A DNA stretch of 62,147 nucleotides, counting the filler, from Vannella sp. (taxonomy: Eukaryota): assembly GCA_023345925.1 (NCBI GenBank). It is 7 parts of 7 records of this genome, joined end to end, with 100 filler letters (N's around TTAATTAATTAA, not from the genome) between each part and the next. Parts side by side here need not be neighbours in the genome. Positions count along the whole stretch, not along the records: positions 14,580 to 30,910 come from JAJQQN010001452.1; positions 31,011 to 39,956 come from JAJQQN010001375.1; 5 more parts are not named here. One strand, 5' to 3'. Positions 22,580 through 35,776 of the stretch are shown here, in pieces. The notes under the pieces were generated by a model. It ran no database searches. It was not told where the DNA came from and saw only the letters and a program-made list of their open reading frames with translations. The stretch's first letter is position 1, and each line of letters starts with the position of its first letter. The position numbers and the translations under genes are program-made.

Positions 22580-25500
22580 CTGACTTCGAAGGGCCTGTTG
22601 GGGCGGACGGCCCCGCAAGGTCTGCGTGAGCCAACAGTCCCCATTGGGGATGACAATGATAAGGTGGCTTTGCTCCTTCGAGAGGTCAAGACGGGGTATG
22701 TTCCTCTCCAGTCTTCCCAAGGCTTGGTGCTCACACACGGGTCCTGAACAACAGCTCTCTGAGGGAGCCCAAGGAAAGAGTATCCAACAATGTACAGCTC
22801 TTTGTAAGTTCCTCTCCGCTTTCAGGAAGCCTGTTGGCCTTTCCAAGGTGGGAACTTCTCGCTCACCAAAGGGCAATGAAAGCTTGTGCAACACGCGCGA
22901 GAGAGTAGCCCAGAGGCCTTTCAGAGCATCGTCTCATCGCTTACCACTGAAATCTTCAATTTGACCAACAGCAACGAACTCGCAGACCAAGTGGCGGGGA
23001 TCAACGTGATGGGTAAGACATTGCCATCCCCCCTCTCCTACGAGAGGATGGGTTAAGTGATACACGTATCTAATACTATACAACAGATGCTCTGGTAGAG
23101 TTTGAGCTCGAGAACAGTTCCAACACCCTCAAGATTACGCGTTTATCCAATTACCTGACCCAGGTTCTCGAGACAGACGACCTCTCCCTTATGAAGATGG
23201 CTACTGCTGTTCTTGGTAGGTCCATTGGATTCTGAACAGGGAGGATCCTCGTTCTTACCAGCTTCCTCCAGGCAAGCTTGTGCGATTCGAAGGAAGCGTG
23301 TCAGCAGAGATTGTGGACAGCGAAATCAGGGAGACGTTCAATTGGCTCAAGGAGGGGAGTGACGAGTGTAAGAAGCAGGCTGCCGTTCTCGTTTTACAGT
23401 CGCTGGCCATCAATGCTCCTTCCCAATTCTACATTCACGTGTCCGATTTCTTTCGTGCTATCTGGCCAGCCCTCACAGCAATGCATCCAACCACTCGTGA
23501 TTGTGCTGCAGACTCACTGAAGGCTGCACTTGAGTTGACTGCCACTCGAAAGGGTCGTCTTCGACTCCAATGGCTGGATAACATGTGGCAACAATCTCTG
23601 GCTGTATGCTTACCACTTTTTCAGGATTGCAATCACTCACTTACTCACTTATTGGTAGATCCTCAAGAAGATGCAATCATCAGAGCAGATGCATGGAGCT
23701 CTGTTGGCTATCCGCGAACTCATTGCGAGTGCAAAGGAGTTGATGATTCATCGGGTCAAAGAAGTTTCTGAAAACATTCTCAAGTTGAAGGACTTTTCCA
23801 TCAAGGGAGACAAGAATTTAGTCAAGCGCACCGTGATCATGATGATGCCTCGATTAGCTGCTTTCTCTCCAGAGATGTTCTTCCGATTCTACTTCAAGTC
23901 TTGCACTGAGTTCTTGCTGATCATTCTCAATTCGAGTGAGTCAGAGAGGGATGTAGCCTTCCGAGCTCTGGGAGAGATGCTCTCCGTAAGTGTTCTCTTT
24001 GAAGAATCAGAGCTCTGTCACTGACCCATTATGAAGTATGTTCCATCTTCCAAGATGGTTGAACCGTTCCTGCCCCGTATTTTAGATTGCATTCGCGGCA
24101 ACCTGAACAACAAGAAGCAGTTTTGCTTCGAGTCAGTCACTTGTCTGAGTCAACTCTCCGTTGTTTTGGACAATCAAGTTATTCCCTCTTCTGAATGGGA
24201 TGATTTATTACGTTAGTCCTCGCCAGTGTGGTCGAATGCTAATGATCTAACTCTCTCGATCCAGCGACTGTGTTTATGGCTGGTCTGAACGAATCTGTCA
24301 TTCAAGCAGCCGCCCTTTTGGCGAAAAACGTGTCCTCAAAAGCTACAGAAATCCAGACGATGCTTCTACAGCTAATTGCTTTCATCATCACCAAAAAACC
24401 ATACGTGATTCATCGCATTCCACTGGTGGATACTCGAGAGAAGCCCAAGGACAAAGTGATTGAGCCAAATCAAAAGGTAGGTGCCAAGCTTTGCTTTGAA
24501 GCTTCTGAGAGTCTCATTGTGCTTTCCTAGCTCTTGGCGGCTTGGGGAACGATTCCGATCGACGAGTCTCTTATCCGATTGGCTTTAAAAACTCAAAGCA
24601 CGTTTGGTTTCACGAAAGAACTGTGCTTGTCTTTTGTCAGAGATGAAATCGTCAACTTTTTGGATAACGATGATGTGGAGATACGGCGAGATGCAGTCGT
24701 GGCATGCGCCAACAATATTCGACCCCACGAAAAGAAGATCAGTGCACAAGCAGCGAATGTTATCGAGCAAGTGTTCGAGAAGCTTCTTATTGTTGGCATT
24801 GCGGATACGGATCCTTCTATTCGTATTACTGTGCTTGAATGCTTTGATGAGAAGTTTGATGGCCATCTGGCGATGGCAGAAAACTTAAGGTCTCTTTTCA
24901 TTGCTCTCAATGATGAAGTCTTTGACGTGAGGAAATTGGCCATCCGCATGATTGGCCGTCTTACCTTACGCAATCCCGCCTATGTCATGCCTTCCATGAG
25001 GAAGACTTTGGTACAGCTATTGACCGAACTTGAGTTTAGTGGTGACACCATCAAAGAGGAAAGTGCTACACTTTTGGGACATCTTATCAATTCATCCAAA
25101 CAACTCATCAAGCCTTATTGCGAACCAATTCTTAAGGCGCTGTTAGAGAAGTTGGATGACCCAAATACCAGAGTTGCCAGTGCGGTGCTTCAAACCACAG
25201 GAGAACTTGCCATGGTGGCTGGAACAGAGGTCCAAAAGCATCTTGATCGGCTCTTACCCATCGTGATTGAGTCATTACAAGACAAAAGTTCCACTCGAAA
25301 GCGCCTCATCGCTCTTCGGGCACTGGGTCAGTTTGTTGAAAGTACTGGGAAGGCTATTTCGCCATTACATCAATACCCCAAGTTACTTGATATTCTCCTC
25401 GCTATGCTCAAGACAGAAAGAATGGAATCTATTCGAGAGGAACTGAATCGAGTATTGGGTATTCTGGGTGCATTGGATCCTTTCCAGTACAAGTTGATCA

Positions 25501-28500
25501 GCCAGCAAATCTCGAGCGAAAAAGACGATTCTGATTCCGCTCAAGATATTCTGGCTTCCATGTCGGCTTCCTCTGAGGAATATGGACCAACTGCTGCCAT
25601 GGTTGCTCTCATGAGGATTCTCGGAGACCCATCATTGGGTATTTATCACAGTACCGTGATTGATTGCATGCTGAGTATCCTGGGTGATCTGGAAGAGTCA
25701 CAAATCGCTCCTCTGGTACCCCTGATTATGCCTCCTTTCCTCAATCGTCTTCGCTCATCTGATCCTGCTGTCCGCGAGGCACTCCTCATCAAAACTAGTG
25801 ACATCGTCAATATCGTCAGAGAGCACCTTATGGGGTATCTTAGCGAGATCTTTGAGCTCATCATCGAGTATTGGAACAGTGGACACAATATTGTTTCACT
25901 TTTGACCCTCATAGAGGTCATGGGAGACATGTTTACTGTGCATTTGCCCGATCTGATTCCCCAGATTCTGAACATGTTACAAAGGGACTTTTCAGACTCA
26001 GGGGATTGGTCCCCCATTTCGAAAGTGCTTCATACACTTGAAGTAATCGCGCACAATTTAGACGACTACCTGCATTTAGTCATTCCTGCGTTGGTGCACT
26101 TGATGGAGCAAGTTTACGTCCCGATTGAAATCCGCAAGGAAACTATCCGCACCATTGGTCGCCTCAGCTTTGATCTGAATTTTGAGGATTATGCATCACG
26201 CATTGGCCATCCACTGGCCCGTATTCTTGAGTCTGAACCAACCCTGAGGGAGGCTGTTATGGATACACTATGTGCTTTGGTGTATCAGCTTTGGACTGAC
26301 TACGCAATAGTTGTGCAAGTGGTCAACAAGGTTATGATCAAGCAAAAGTATTCGCATCAGCTTTACAATAACATGGTGACCCCCTTGCTCAAGAAGATGG
26401 CACGTCCTGAGCTTCCTAGTGAGTTCGAGTCATTCATGAAGCCTCAGCACAAAAAGGTCTCTCAAGCAACCTCGAAGACTCCGAAGGAGGAACTACATGT
26501 GAACGAAAGCACTTTGCAGAAAACTTGGAAGACCTCTAATCGCGCTACCAAGGAGGATTGGAACGAATGGATGAGAAAGCTTTCGGTGGAGCTCCTGAGG
26601 AACTCTTCTTGTCGTGCTCTGCGTCGCTGCTTCGGATTTGCTCAAATGTACAACACTCTGGCAATGCAATTGTTTAACCCCGCTTTCTTATCAGTTTGGA
26701 CGGTTCTGAGTGAGCGAATGCGAGATCAGATGATTCAAGTCATAATCAGCGCTTTATCCAGCCCGGATAGTCCCCCTGAAATAATGCAGATTCTTCTTAA
26801 CTGCTTAGAGTGGATGGAGCGTGATGGCCAGCCGATCACTGCAATCGACATCAAAAAGCTCGGTCAATTCGGCACGCAATGCCATGCATATGCCAAAGCT
26901 TTGCACTACAAAGAAATTGAGTTTCGAGAAAAGCCTGACAGCCAAACCATCGAGGAGCTTATTAGTCTAAACAATCAACTACAGCAACCAGAGGCAGCAG
27001 TTGGTATCCTCACTTTCGCTCAAAAGCAGCATGATGTCCAGTTCTTCCCTTCATGGTACATCAAACTTCAACGTTGGGATGATGCCCTCAAAGTTTACAA
27101 CTCTTCAGAACCTACCGAAGAGTCACTTCGCCATCGTGCTAGCTGCTATCATGCCCTTGGAGAATGGACTGAGCTACTCCAACTTGTAGATTCTTCCTGG
27201 GAATTTGAGCCTCTTCGCTCCGAGTTGGCTCCTCTGGGTGCCTCTGCAGCTTGGCATCTCGGCAATTGGGAAAGAATGACTCAGTTGGTCAAGAGCATTG
27301 ATGAGAGCTTTGAGTCATCCTTCTATCAGTGCGTCCTTGCCATTCACGACGATGAACACGTCAAGGCACAAAAGTTAATTGGAATGGCTCGTCGCCAGAT
27401 GGATAATGAACTGACTGCCCTTGTTGGTGAGAGCTACCAACGTGCCTATGATGAAATGGTCCATGTTCAACAACTGTCCGAGTTAGAGGAAGTTATCCAG
27501 TACAAACAGGCCAAAGACGATCCTGAACGCCGAAACACAATAACTCTGTTGTGGGAGAACCGCTTGAAGGGATGCCAAAGAAACGTTGACGTTTATGAAC
27601 GCATTTTGATGGTCAGAACTCTAGTTTTGGCTCCCAAAGAGGAGCCAGGTATGTGGTTACATTTCATCAAGCTCTGTCGGCGCAGTGGAGCGCTCTCGAC
27701 CTCCAGAAAGGTCTTGAATTCTCTCTTAGGAAAGGATCACTTTAAATCAAAGAGCAAACGCCTTCCTTCAGCTCCTCCCTCCATTGTTGAAAGTTTCCTC
27801 AAGCAACTTTGGGCAGAAGGGGACCGCACCTTGGCTTTCGAGAGCATGACATCATTCTGTGAAACCCTCAATGAGGACAAGGCCACCAACTCTACTCTTC
27901 TTGCTCGTTGTCATTTGAAATTAGGTCAATGGCAAAAGGCGCTGACCGAGGAACTTGCAGAGAAAGATTTACGCTCCATTGTCCAATCCTTTAAGGCTGC
28001 ACAGGAATTAAGTCCAAACTGGTACAAAGCTTGGAACGAATGGGCATACATCAATTTCGAGGCACTAAGCTTCTATGACAAGCCTGAAAAGGCGACTGAA
28101 GCCCAGAAACTGGAGGAGCATCTAATCGCAAGTATTCATGGCTTCTTCCAGTGCATTGCCTTGTCACCCTCCCAGTCCCTTCAAGACACCTTGCGAGTAC
28201 TGACCCTCTGGTTCAAATACGGAGACCGACCTTTGGCTATTCAAACCCTCAAAGAAGGCTTTGATTTAGTATCGATTGACACATGGCTTCAAGTGATTCC
28301 CCAAATTATTGCGCGGATCCACTCTCCAATAGCGCATATTCGAAAGCTGATTCAAGAGTTGCTCATCAAAGTTGGTCGTAGCCATCCCCAAGCACTGGTT
28401 TTCCCTTTGTACGTTGCTTCAAAGTCAGCTTCACAACAGAGCTCAGATGCTGCGCAAGTTATTCTGAATGAGCTACAAAAACATAGTGCGTCTTTGGTGG

Positions 28501-30203
28501 AGCAAACAAGGATGGTTAGCAACGAACTTATCCGTGTATCTATTGTTTGGCATGAAATGTGGCATGAAGCACTTGAAGCAGCTTCGAGGTGTTATTTCAA
28601 TGAGAATAACCCTGATGGCATGTTGGAGCATCTCTTTGCAATGCACAAAGAGATTGAGCGGGGTCCCGAAACGCTTAGGGAAGTCGCTTTCGAGCAGCTT
28701 TTTGGCAGAGACTTGAAGATGGCACTAGAGTGGTGCAAACGCTATCAAAAGACTCGAGACCTTGCTGATGTTAACCAAGCTTGGGACATTTATTCTACAG
28801 TGTTCCGCCGAATCACCAAAGTAATGGCCCAGATGAAGTTGTTCGATCTTGAATACGTCTCTCCTTATCTTCTCGAGGCTAGAGATCTTGACTTGGCTGT
28901 TCCTGGGACTTATCGCGCAAACTCACCATTGGTGAGGATCAGCCAGTTCGGTCGTAAACTCAAAGTTTTCAGCTCTAAGCAGAGGCCCCGTCAAATGAGT
29001 ATGGAAGGAACTGATGGGACAACTTACGACTTTCTCCTCAAAGGTCACGAGGACCTCAGACAGGATGAGCGCGTCATGCAACTTTTTGGTTTGGTTAACA
29101 CTCTTTTGAGAAGTGATACAGAGACCTCTAAGTCTCATCTCAGTATCACTCGATTCTCTGTGATCCCACTCTCTCCCAACTCTGGAGTCATTGGGTGGGT
29201 GCCAAGTTGTGACACTCTTCTAAAACTCGTCCAAGACTATCGAGAGTCCAAACAGATTGAACTTCGGACAGAACACAAACGAGTCTACCAGATGATTCCC
29301 TCAGATAACAATCAATTTGATTCTTTGACTTTGTTCCAGAAAGTTGAGATCTTCGAGCATGCAATGGCCGAAACCACAGGTGAAGATATAAGCCAAGTCC
29401 TTTGGCTGAAAAGCAAGAATGCTGAGGTGAGATTGATTGTCATTTTGCTTACCCTTTGCACTAACTGGTACTTGACTAGTCTTGGTTAGAGCGTAGATTG
29501 ACATACACGCGCTCATTGGCTCTCATGTCCATGGTGGGCTACATTCTCGGTCTGGGAGATCGACATCCTTCCAATTTGATGCTGGAGCGGATTCATGGAA
29601 AAATCGTTCACATTGATTTCGGGGACTGTTTCGAAGTTGCAATGACCAGAGACAAATACCCTGAAAAGGTTCCATTCCGCCTTACACGAATGCTGATTAA
29701 GGCCATGGAAGCCAGTCAAATCGAAGGAAATTTCCGCACCACTTGCGAAAATGTCATGCGTGTCATGCGTACTAACAAGGAAAGTTTGATGGCTGTACTT
29801 GAGGCCTTCGTTCATGATCCTCTTCTCAATTGGCGCCTTCTTGGAGTGGCTGCTCCTTCCGATGAAGAGACTGATGAATCGGAAGCAGAAGCAGAGCTTG
29901 GCCCCATCAATCCTTCAAGGAAGCAACCCACCTCTTCGTATGTTAAGATTTCCCCTCCAAACAGCTTACTCATTGACACCATTTAGAATGAAGCCAGATG
30001 TTGCTCCTGAAGTAGCTACTGTTCCAGAGGTCTTGAACGAAAAGGCTGTTGAGGTCATTACGCGAGTACAACAGAAGCTTACCGGAACTGATTTCAGTAA
30101 CACACGCCTTACTGTGGAGGAGCAAGTTAACAAACTTATCGACCAAGCCACTTCAACAGAGAATCTCAGCCAGTCTTACTTTGGTTGGTGTCCATTCTGG
30201 TAG
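22580..30203 (+). CDS. TOR: TOR serine/threonine kinase (start uncertain)
   Basis: HEAT and FAT regions, [51 protein letters not shown]...HIDFGD, FATC end GWCPFW. Confidence 0.97.
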
Positions 30204-30641
30204 AGCTCCTTCTGCCCAACGGAGGTTTATCAACCCTCTTTCAATTAAAAGTGTTAAGTGAAGGCGGCTCCATTTGTTGGTTCTCTGGAGAGGGGTTTGA
30301 GAGTGTCCTTCTGAAGAAAAAGGACCAAAAGTCTAGTTCTCAGAAATGGTATCAGAATGTGACAAAGCCAAGATGACTTTTGTCCCTTCAAATGAAAGAA
30401 TGAAAGGAAGATACCCGACAAATCTCGCGTTGAGATGCAGCGCATTTGGATTGTCGGGTGCGTTGAATCTGAGTTGGTTTGATTCGATGTTCGACAATTG
30501 TTCGAGAGAGCGTTTTAGCTGCCTAACCCGACAACTGTTACCTAATTCTAATGCTCCTTTCAAACAAGGGAGGCGTATTCCATTGTGGAGAAAGGCTCCG
30601 TGGGGGCACTTTGCTGCCAGCCTTCTGTCCTCCGTTGGGTG

Positions 30642-30910
30642 ATGAAGCGAGTGGAGGTTGTTCCAACGTTGGAGAATGGTTGTTTGCAGGTAAGGACTCT
30701 GGAGTATCTTTCTCTGCTTACCCCGCTGTGCTGGTCTTCAAGGGTGAGAAACCAACACCCCATCATCATCTCTGGCTTGGCGTCGCAGTGGCCTGCTCTG
30801 GAGAAGTGGAAATCTGTCGACTACCTCGCTGATCTAATGGGGGACAAGCTGATGTTCTTGATGCAAGCGAAGGACAACCTCAACTTTTTCAAGAATGACA
30901 TTACCTTCCA
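30642..30910 (+). CDS. JmjC/cupin-8 domain protein, 5' fragment
   Basis: PIIISGLASQWPALEKWKSVDYL matches the start of JMJD5/7-type domains; cut by contig end. Confidence 0.7.
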
Positions 30911-31010
30911 NNNNNNNNNNNNNNNNNNNNNNNNNNNNNNNNNNNNNNNNNNNNTTAATTAATTAANNNNNNNNNNNNNNNNNNNNNNNNNNNNNNNNNN
31001 NNNNNNNNNN
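30911..31010. other. Artificial contig spacer
   Basis: N-run/TTAATTAATTAA/N-run. Confidence 0.97.
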
Positions 31011-31248
31011 GCAACTGAGTCAAATAAGTAATATATCTTCAGCTGTGGCAGAGGGGATTGTCGCGCAGTACCCAACTCCCCTCTCTCTGGCACAGCAGTA
31101 TCAACGAGAAGATCTGACGACTTTGGCCAAGGAGGAACTGCTTCGAGAGATCCCAATTCCCAATCAATCAAAACAAGTTGGTTCCAGCCGCAGCCGGAAG
31201 ATTTTCCAAATCTTCTCCGCTGAGGATCCCTGCACCACCCTCTTGTAG
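31011..31248 (+). CDS. EME1: EME1/MMS4-like crossover-junction endonuclease subunit, C-terminal fragment
   Basis: QLSQISNISSAVAEGIVAQYPTPLSLAQQY...LLREIPI...VGSSRSRKIFQIF resembles the EME1 HhH2 end. Confidence 0.65.
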
Positions 31249-31607
31249 CATTATATGTATCTCTCATCATCACCATCATCATCATCATTGCCTCTTCCTG
31301 TCGGGGAGATTTCCCAATGAAGTGTCTTGAGAATGTTCCTTTTCCAGCAGATCTAGACTCCCACTGAACCGCATCTGAGTAGAGCCTGAGGACGTCAGTT
31401 GTCTGCAGATGGGATCAATTTGACTCGTTGTTTCTTGCGTTGGGACCAGATCTGGTCACCTGCCACTCCATCAACGAGAGGATCAGGACTCTCAGCGCAA
31501 GTTTATCGCTTGCACTCTTAAAGCACTATTGAATGGCATCTAATCAACGCTAAGGTGTTGCGTGAATGCTATTGCCTTAAGAGCCTCGGTGGAAGCTCAA
31601 AAGGGAG

Positions 31608-32082
31608 TCAGAAGCTGAATCCGCCAACCTCTTCCTCTTTCTGGGCCTTCTGACCCATCAAGGAGTTCGCTTGCTTGAATGTGTTCCTGATTGCAGATGT
31701 TTTCTCGTCATATTCAGGGTCAGTAGGACTACTTGGAGCTCGGGCAACCGCCTCCGCCAGTTTAGCAACAACTTTCTGGGCCCTGAAGGCGAATTAGAGC
31801 GACTCTCATGCTCAAACTGCACACCTACCTTACTCTATAGCGTCCAGGAGCATTAGCAATCATTGAAGACCACAGAACAGCTGAAGCATACGCCGTGCCG
31901 AGCTCCACACCAAACTCGAAGCCCCGCTGAAGTCCAATCTCTCTCCCATCATCGTACCCACTTTGTTCTCCCTTTTGGATGCCTGCCAAACGCCCCTCCG
32001 CGACGAACACCTCCTCCACCACCAACAAACCCTCAAAGCAGCCATCCACGTCCACCTCGTCAGAGTCGCTCACGGAAGCCAT
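31608..32082 (-). CDS. LTO1: LTO1/ORAOV1 (Yae1_N GxxxG repeats)
   Basis: EGRLAGIQKGEQSGYDDGREIGLQRGFEFGVELG; one intron; ends GGFSF. Confidence 0.78.
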
Positions 32083-32166
32083 CAAAATGACTAAAAAATG
32101 GATTGGAAGTGACAGGAGCGATTTAGGACCACTTTCAGCCGGTTCTTGAAGGCTTGCGGCCGAGCC

Positions 32167-33168
32167 ATGTTCAAGTCACTCAAGGACAAGTTCATGGGCC
32201 CAGCGCCTACTAAGGGCTCAAAGAAGGGTGGTGCGAGTGAGGCGCGGGAGATTGAGAACGGGCGCGAGTACAAGCTGGTATGTATCGCAGCGTTCCCGGA
32301 CGTCATCGTCCTCTGGGCGCTGACTGCAGTGCTTAACTGGTTTGTTTGGGTGATAGGTTGTGATGGGAGAAGGTGGTGTTGGTAAAACGGTGAGTTCTCG
32401 CCTCATGTTCTCTCACCGCAGTCCTCACTGATGCGGGGTGTGCCTTTGGTCTAGGCCATTACCATTCAGTTCATGAACAACAAGTTCATTACTGAATACG
32501 ATCCTACTATTGGTGAGCAAGGCACTTACGCATGAAGTCTGCTTCTCACTTTTCCCTCCAGAGGACGCCTACAAGAAGGAGTACACTATCAACGAGAACG
32601 GTGTTGATAAGAACATCGTCGTAGAGATCAGCGATACAGCAGGACAGGAAGAGTTCGCTGCAGGCCTGCACGATAAGGTAAGGCAAACAACTTGCAAGAC
32701 GCTCGCAGGCTCCCCAACAGCATAGCGGGGTTGAGAAGAGCATCCAGTCTGATAGGAGTTATACTCAATTTATTACTTAGTTCATGCGGCAAGGAGAAGG
32801 CTTCATCCTTGTGTACAGCATCACTGCGGCGAGCAGCTTCGAGAAAATCAAAGAAGTCCGCGAGAAGATCCTCTTTACAAAGAACGCCTCATCTGTACCG
32901 ATGGTGATCGTTGGCAACAAGAAGGATTTGGAAAGCGAGCGCAAAGTTGACACCGCCACCGTGGAAGCCTTAGCGCAGCAGTGGGGTTGCGTCTTTTTGG
33001 AAGCTAGCGCTAAGACTGGCGAGGTGAGATAGCTCTCTACGTGCCCCACTTCTCTAAGTATGCTGGTAGAACATCCAAGAGGCTATTGACAGGCTGCTGT
33101 TCGAAGTGGCCAAAGCAGGCGTGGTGGGCGACGACGGTGTCATGCGCCGCCCCACTAAGGGCCGCTAG
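32167..33168 (+). CDS. Ras-family small GTPase lacking a CaaX end
   Basis: YKLVVMGEGGVGKT, YDPTIEDAY, DTAGQEEF, VGNKKD, EASAK over six exons; ends RRPTKGR*. Confidence 0.9.
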
Positions 33169-33298
33169 GGCTCCTTGGTTCACCCCAATCCTGCGGGGGA
33201 GTCCCACTCTGTAGTATACAGGTTGTACCTGCAAGTACACCAGCCTAAAGGTTCTCGCAATCGGCATCTAATTACAAGTTCATTTGGTACTTGGCCTC

Positions 33299-35563
33299 TC
33301 ACTGGGCCCTCGATCGTGTGCTACGGCGAGGAGTCGCCTTGTTCTTGACTGCTTTACTTGCTCGAGAGGAAGGTTCTTCTAGGGGAGCAGCTGGCTCGTT
33401 ATCATGCTCCTCCTCTTCCAAAAGAGCTTCTTTGGATGGGTTGACAAGGACCATGACCTCTTCCTTTGAGGGGATGATGCTCTCGTTAGCTTGGTACGAG
33501 TAGTTGCAATACTCGAGCATATCAGAGTGATCCTCCTTCGTGGGAGTGCGGAATTCGTTCTTGCGAGCGGATCGTCGCAGGTTTGTGAGCTTCTTGTCCG
33601 AGTGGAGCCGTGCTCGCTCCCTTTTGGAGGTGTCCACGGGCGTCATAACCACAACAGAGCCCTTTCGTTGCTGTTTCACTGGTGTACGCTGAGAAGTCGC
33701 CTTCCGCTCCGCATCGCGCTCCGAAAGCAGTTGAATCAGCTCCACGGGGACCCCATTCGGGTCTCCTTTGGTGCTCCTAAGAGGTGTGCTGGGATGAAGA
33801 GTCCAAGAGGGAGTCGTGGGAGCGCATTCCAAAGGGAAATCGTCATCGAGCTCCTCATCAGCAAAGAGGGAGTCCACCATGTCATTGACAGAAGTCTTAT
33901 AGAGGACAGACTCTCGCCTATACATAGCCAGAGCGTCAATGGCCTCCTGCGTCTTGGCAGTCTCCTTTAGGTGTTGGTGGTGGTCACGAGGATTGACCCT
34001 CTCCGGGTTATTACTCCGGATGTACGGGGATGTAGAGGGCATGAATAGGCTAGATCGCTTGCGGTTCGCTTGACGCAGCTTGTTCATGAGTGGAGTGTTG
34101 ACTCGGCCAGGTGTACTCGGATCTGTGGACCGCGGAGTCATTGGGCGCGACGGGGTGAAGGACAAAGGGACGGAATCTGGCACGGCACGACCAGGAGAGA
34201 GTGGATCTTCACCCAAGTCCTCTTTAGTGAGTTCCAGAGCCATCTCTGGGAGAGGGAGGAACTCAGGAGACCGAGGATCTCCTCCAAAGTGTCTTGGAGC
34301 CAGCTCGTCATCGCTCTCTTCCGAGTGAGACTCAGTGGTGTCGTCATCACCCACCTCATGTTCTTCAGCACTTCCTTCTTCTTCTGAACACGAAGACAGT
34401 TCAACCAAGATCTCATCCGAGTCAGAGACTGGCTCATTCTCTTCCTGGTCTAGCGGGGCCGAATCCTCTGTGGTTGCTTGCGGGATCTGCTCTTCAAGAG
34501 GCGCATAGGGGTCTTCATCCATAGAGGAATCCTCCTGGTGCAAGAGAAGGGACTCTTCTGTGTCATCCAAAGAGTCGAATTGACATTCCTCCCGAACGTT
34601 GTTTTGGAGAATCTCTTCGGACTCGTCGTCTGAGAGGGATGTGAAGCTGATGGCTTTAGGAATGGGAGGAGCTTCAACTGGAGAGATGCTCGTTTCCCTA
34701 CGATCGACCGGATCTTCCATTGTTTTGGGCACCAAACGGATAGTGAGGAGTGCGTCTGGCACAAGAGACTCGTCGTAGGCAAGCAAACGAGTGTGAATCA
34801 CTGAGAGTTTCTCACACGCAATGCAAGACACCAACGAGAATCGTTGAAGCCTTTCAATAGCAACCAAAAGAGGCTTCGCACTGTGAACAAAGGCGGATTC
34901 CTCGGGCTCAGAGAGTAGCAATGAGGCCTCGTGCTTGACTAACTTGAGCAGAAACTGAATGCTCTCAAGAATAGGATGCAGAGGCTGCGCCTTGGCCTTC
35001 TGGGCAAGGTCTAGCAAAGCAATGGCAGACTCAATATCACCGGCACTCCATTCAATGAAGGCGCGAGTGCACCAATACTCTGAGAAGTGGAACGTAGCAG
35101 CATTACACTCCAATGCAGTTATCAATTGCTGCTGAAGCCGCGTCCTCTTCTCAGAATCAGGTAAGGCATCAATGTGCCTCTGCATCACCAAAGGGTCTTT
35201 CCCAACCATTCCGCGAAGCTTCTCTCGTGCTGCACGAAGGTCTTCAGCTCCACCACGGAGAGCTATCTCCTTTGCAAGCTTCAGCTTCATCTTGAGGAGG
35301 GTAGCCTGAGGATGTTGGCTTCCCACTGGTATAGCGGCCACAGTGCGGCGAAGGGCAGTAGATGAGGGTACAGGAGTCGGCTTGCTGCGAGGGCGAGTGG
35401 GAGTCTTGCCTTTCTTGGCGCGCCACTCCTCTAGAAGCTGATCTCGAGTCTTTCCAGCAACAGAGAGATTGGATCCGGTTTGGAATGTCGCTTGGTGCGT
35501 GCGGGGCTGACTCATCGGAGCCACAGCTTTCACACTCAAGTGGGAAGGTTTGCGCTGTGACAT
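33299..35563 (-). CDS. CKAP2-like microtubule-associated protein
   Basis: LEEWRAKKGK, YWCTRAFIE...AQKAKAQP and TPV...LRRSAR resemble CKAP2_C motifs; long acidic middle region. Confidence 0.5.
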   Translation of the reverse strand: MSQRKPSHLSVKAVAPMSQPRTHQATFQTGSNLSVAGKTRDQLLEEWRAKKGKTPTRPRSKPTPVPSSTALRRTVAAIPVGSQHPQATLLKMKLKLAKEIALRGGAEDLRAAREKLRGMVGKDPLVMQRHIDALPDSEKRTRLQQQLITALECNAATFHFSEYWCTRAFIEWSAGDIESAIALLDLAQKAKAQPLHPILESIQFLLKLVKHEASLLLSEPEESAFVHSAKPLLVAIERLQRFSLVSCIACEKLSVIHTRLLAYDESLVPDALLTIRLVPKTMEDPVDRRETSISPVEAPPIPKAISFTSLSDDESEEILQNNVREECQFDSLDDTEESLLLHQEDSSMDEDPYAPLEEQIPQATTEDSAPLDQEENEPVSDSDEILVELSSCSEEEGSAEEHEVGDDDTTESHSEESDDELAPRHFGGDPRSPEFLPLPEMALELTKEDLGEDPLSPGRAVPDSVPLSFTPSRPMTPRSTDPSTPGRVNTPLMNKLRQANRKRSSLFMPSTSPYIRSNNPERVNPRDHHQHLKETAKTQEAIDALAMYRRESVLYKTSVNDMVDSLFADEELDDDFPLECAPTTPSWTLHPSTPLRSTKGDPNGVPVELIQLLSERDAERKATSQRTPVKQQRKGSVVVMTPVDTSKRERARLHSDKKLTNLRRSARKNEFRTPTKEDHSDMLEYCNYSYQANESIIPSKEEVMVLVNPSKEALLEEEEHDNEPAAPLEEPSSRASKAVKNKATPRRSTRSRAQ

Positions 35564-35776
35564 CGGTTGGTTGCTACGAATGGTTCGATCTTCTCTAGAG
35601 TTAGCTCTTGGCACTGAAAGCTTCCGTTCCCCTCACTCACTTGTCTCATTCTCAAAGGACCGCTGCATTAGCTCACCCCAAAGTCAGAGAAAAGATGAAG
35701 GAGCCTTCCCGCCTCCATCAGGCCAGTTGAAAAGTTTTCCCGCCAAAAAAGAAGGTTCGTGTTTGGGTGAAATGGT

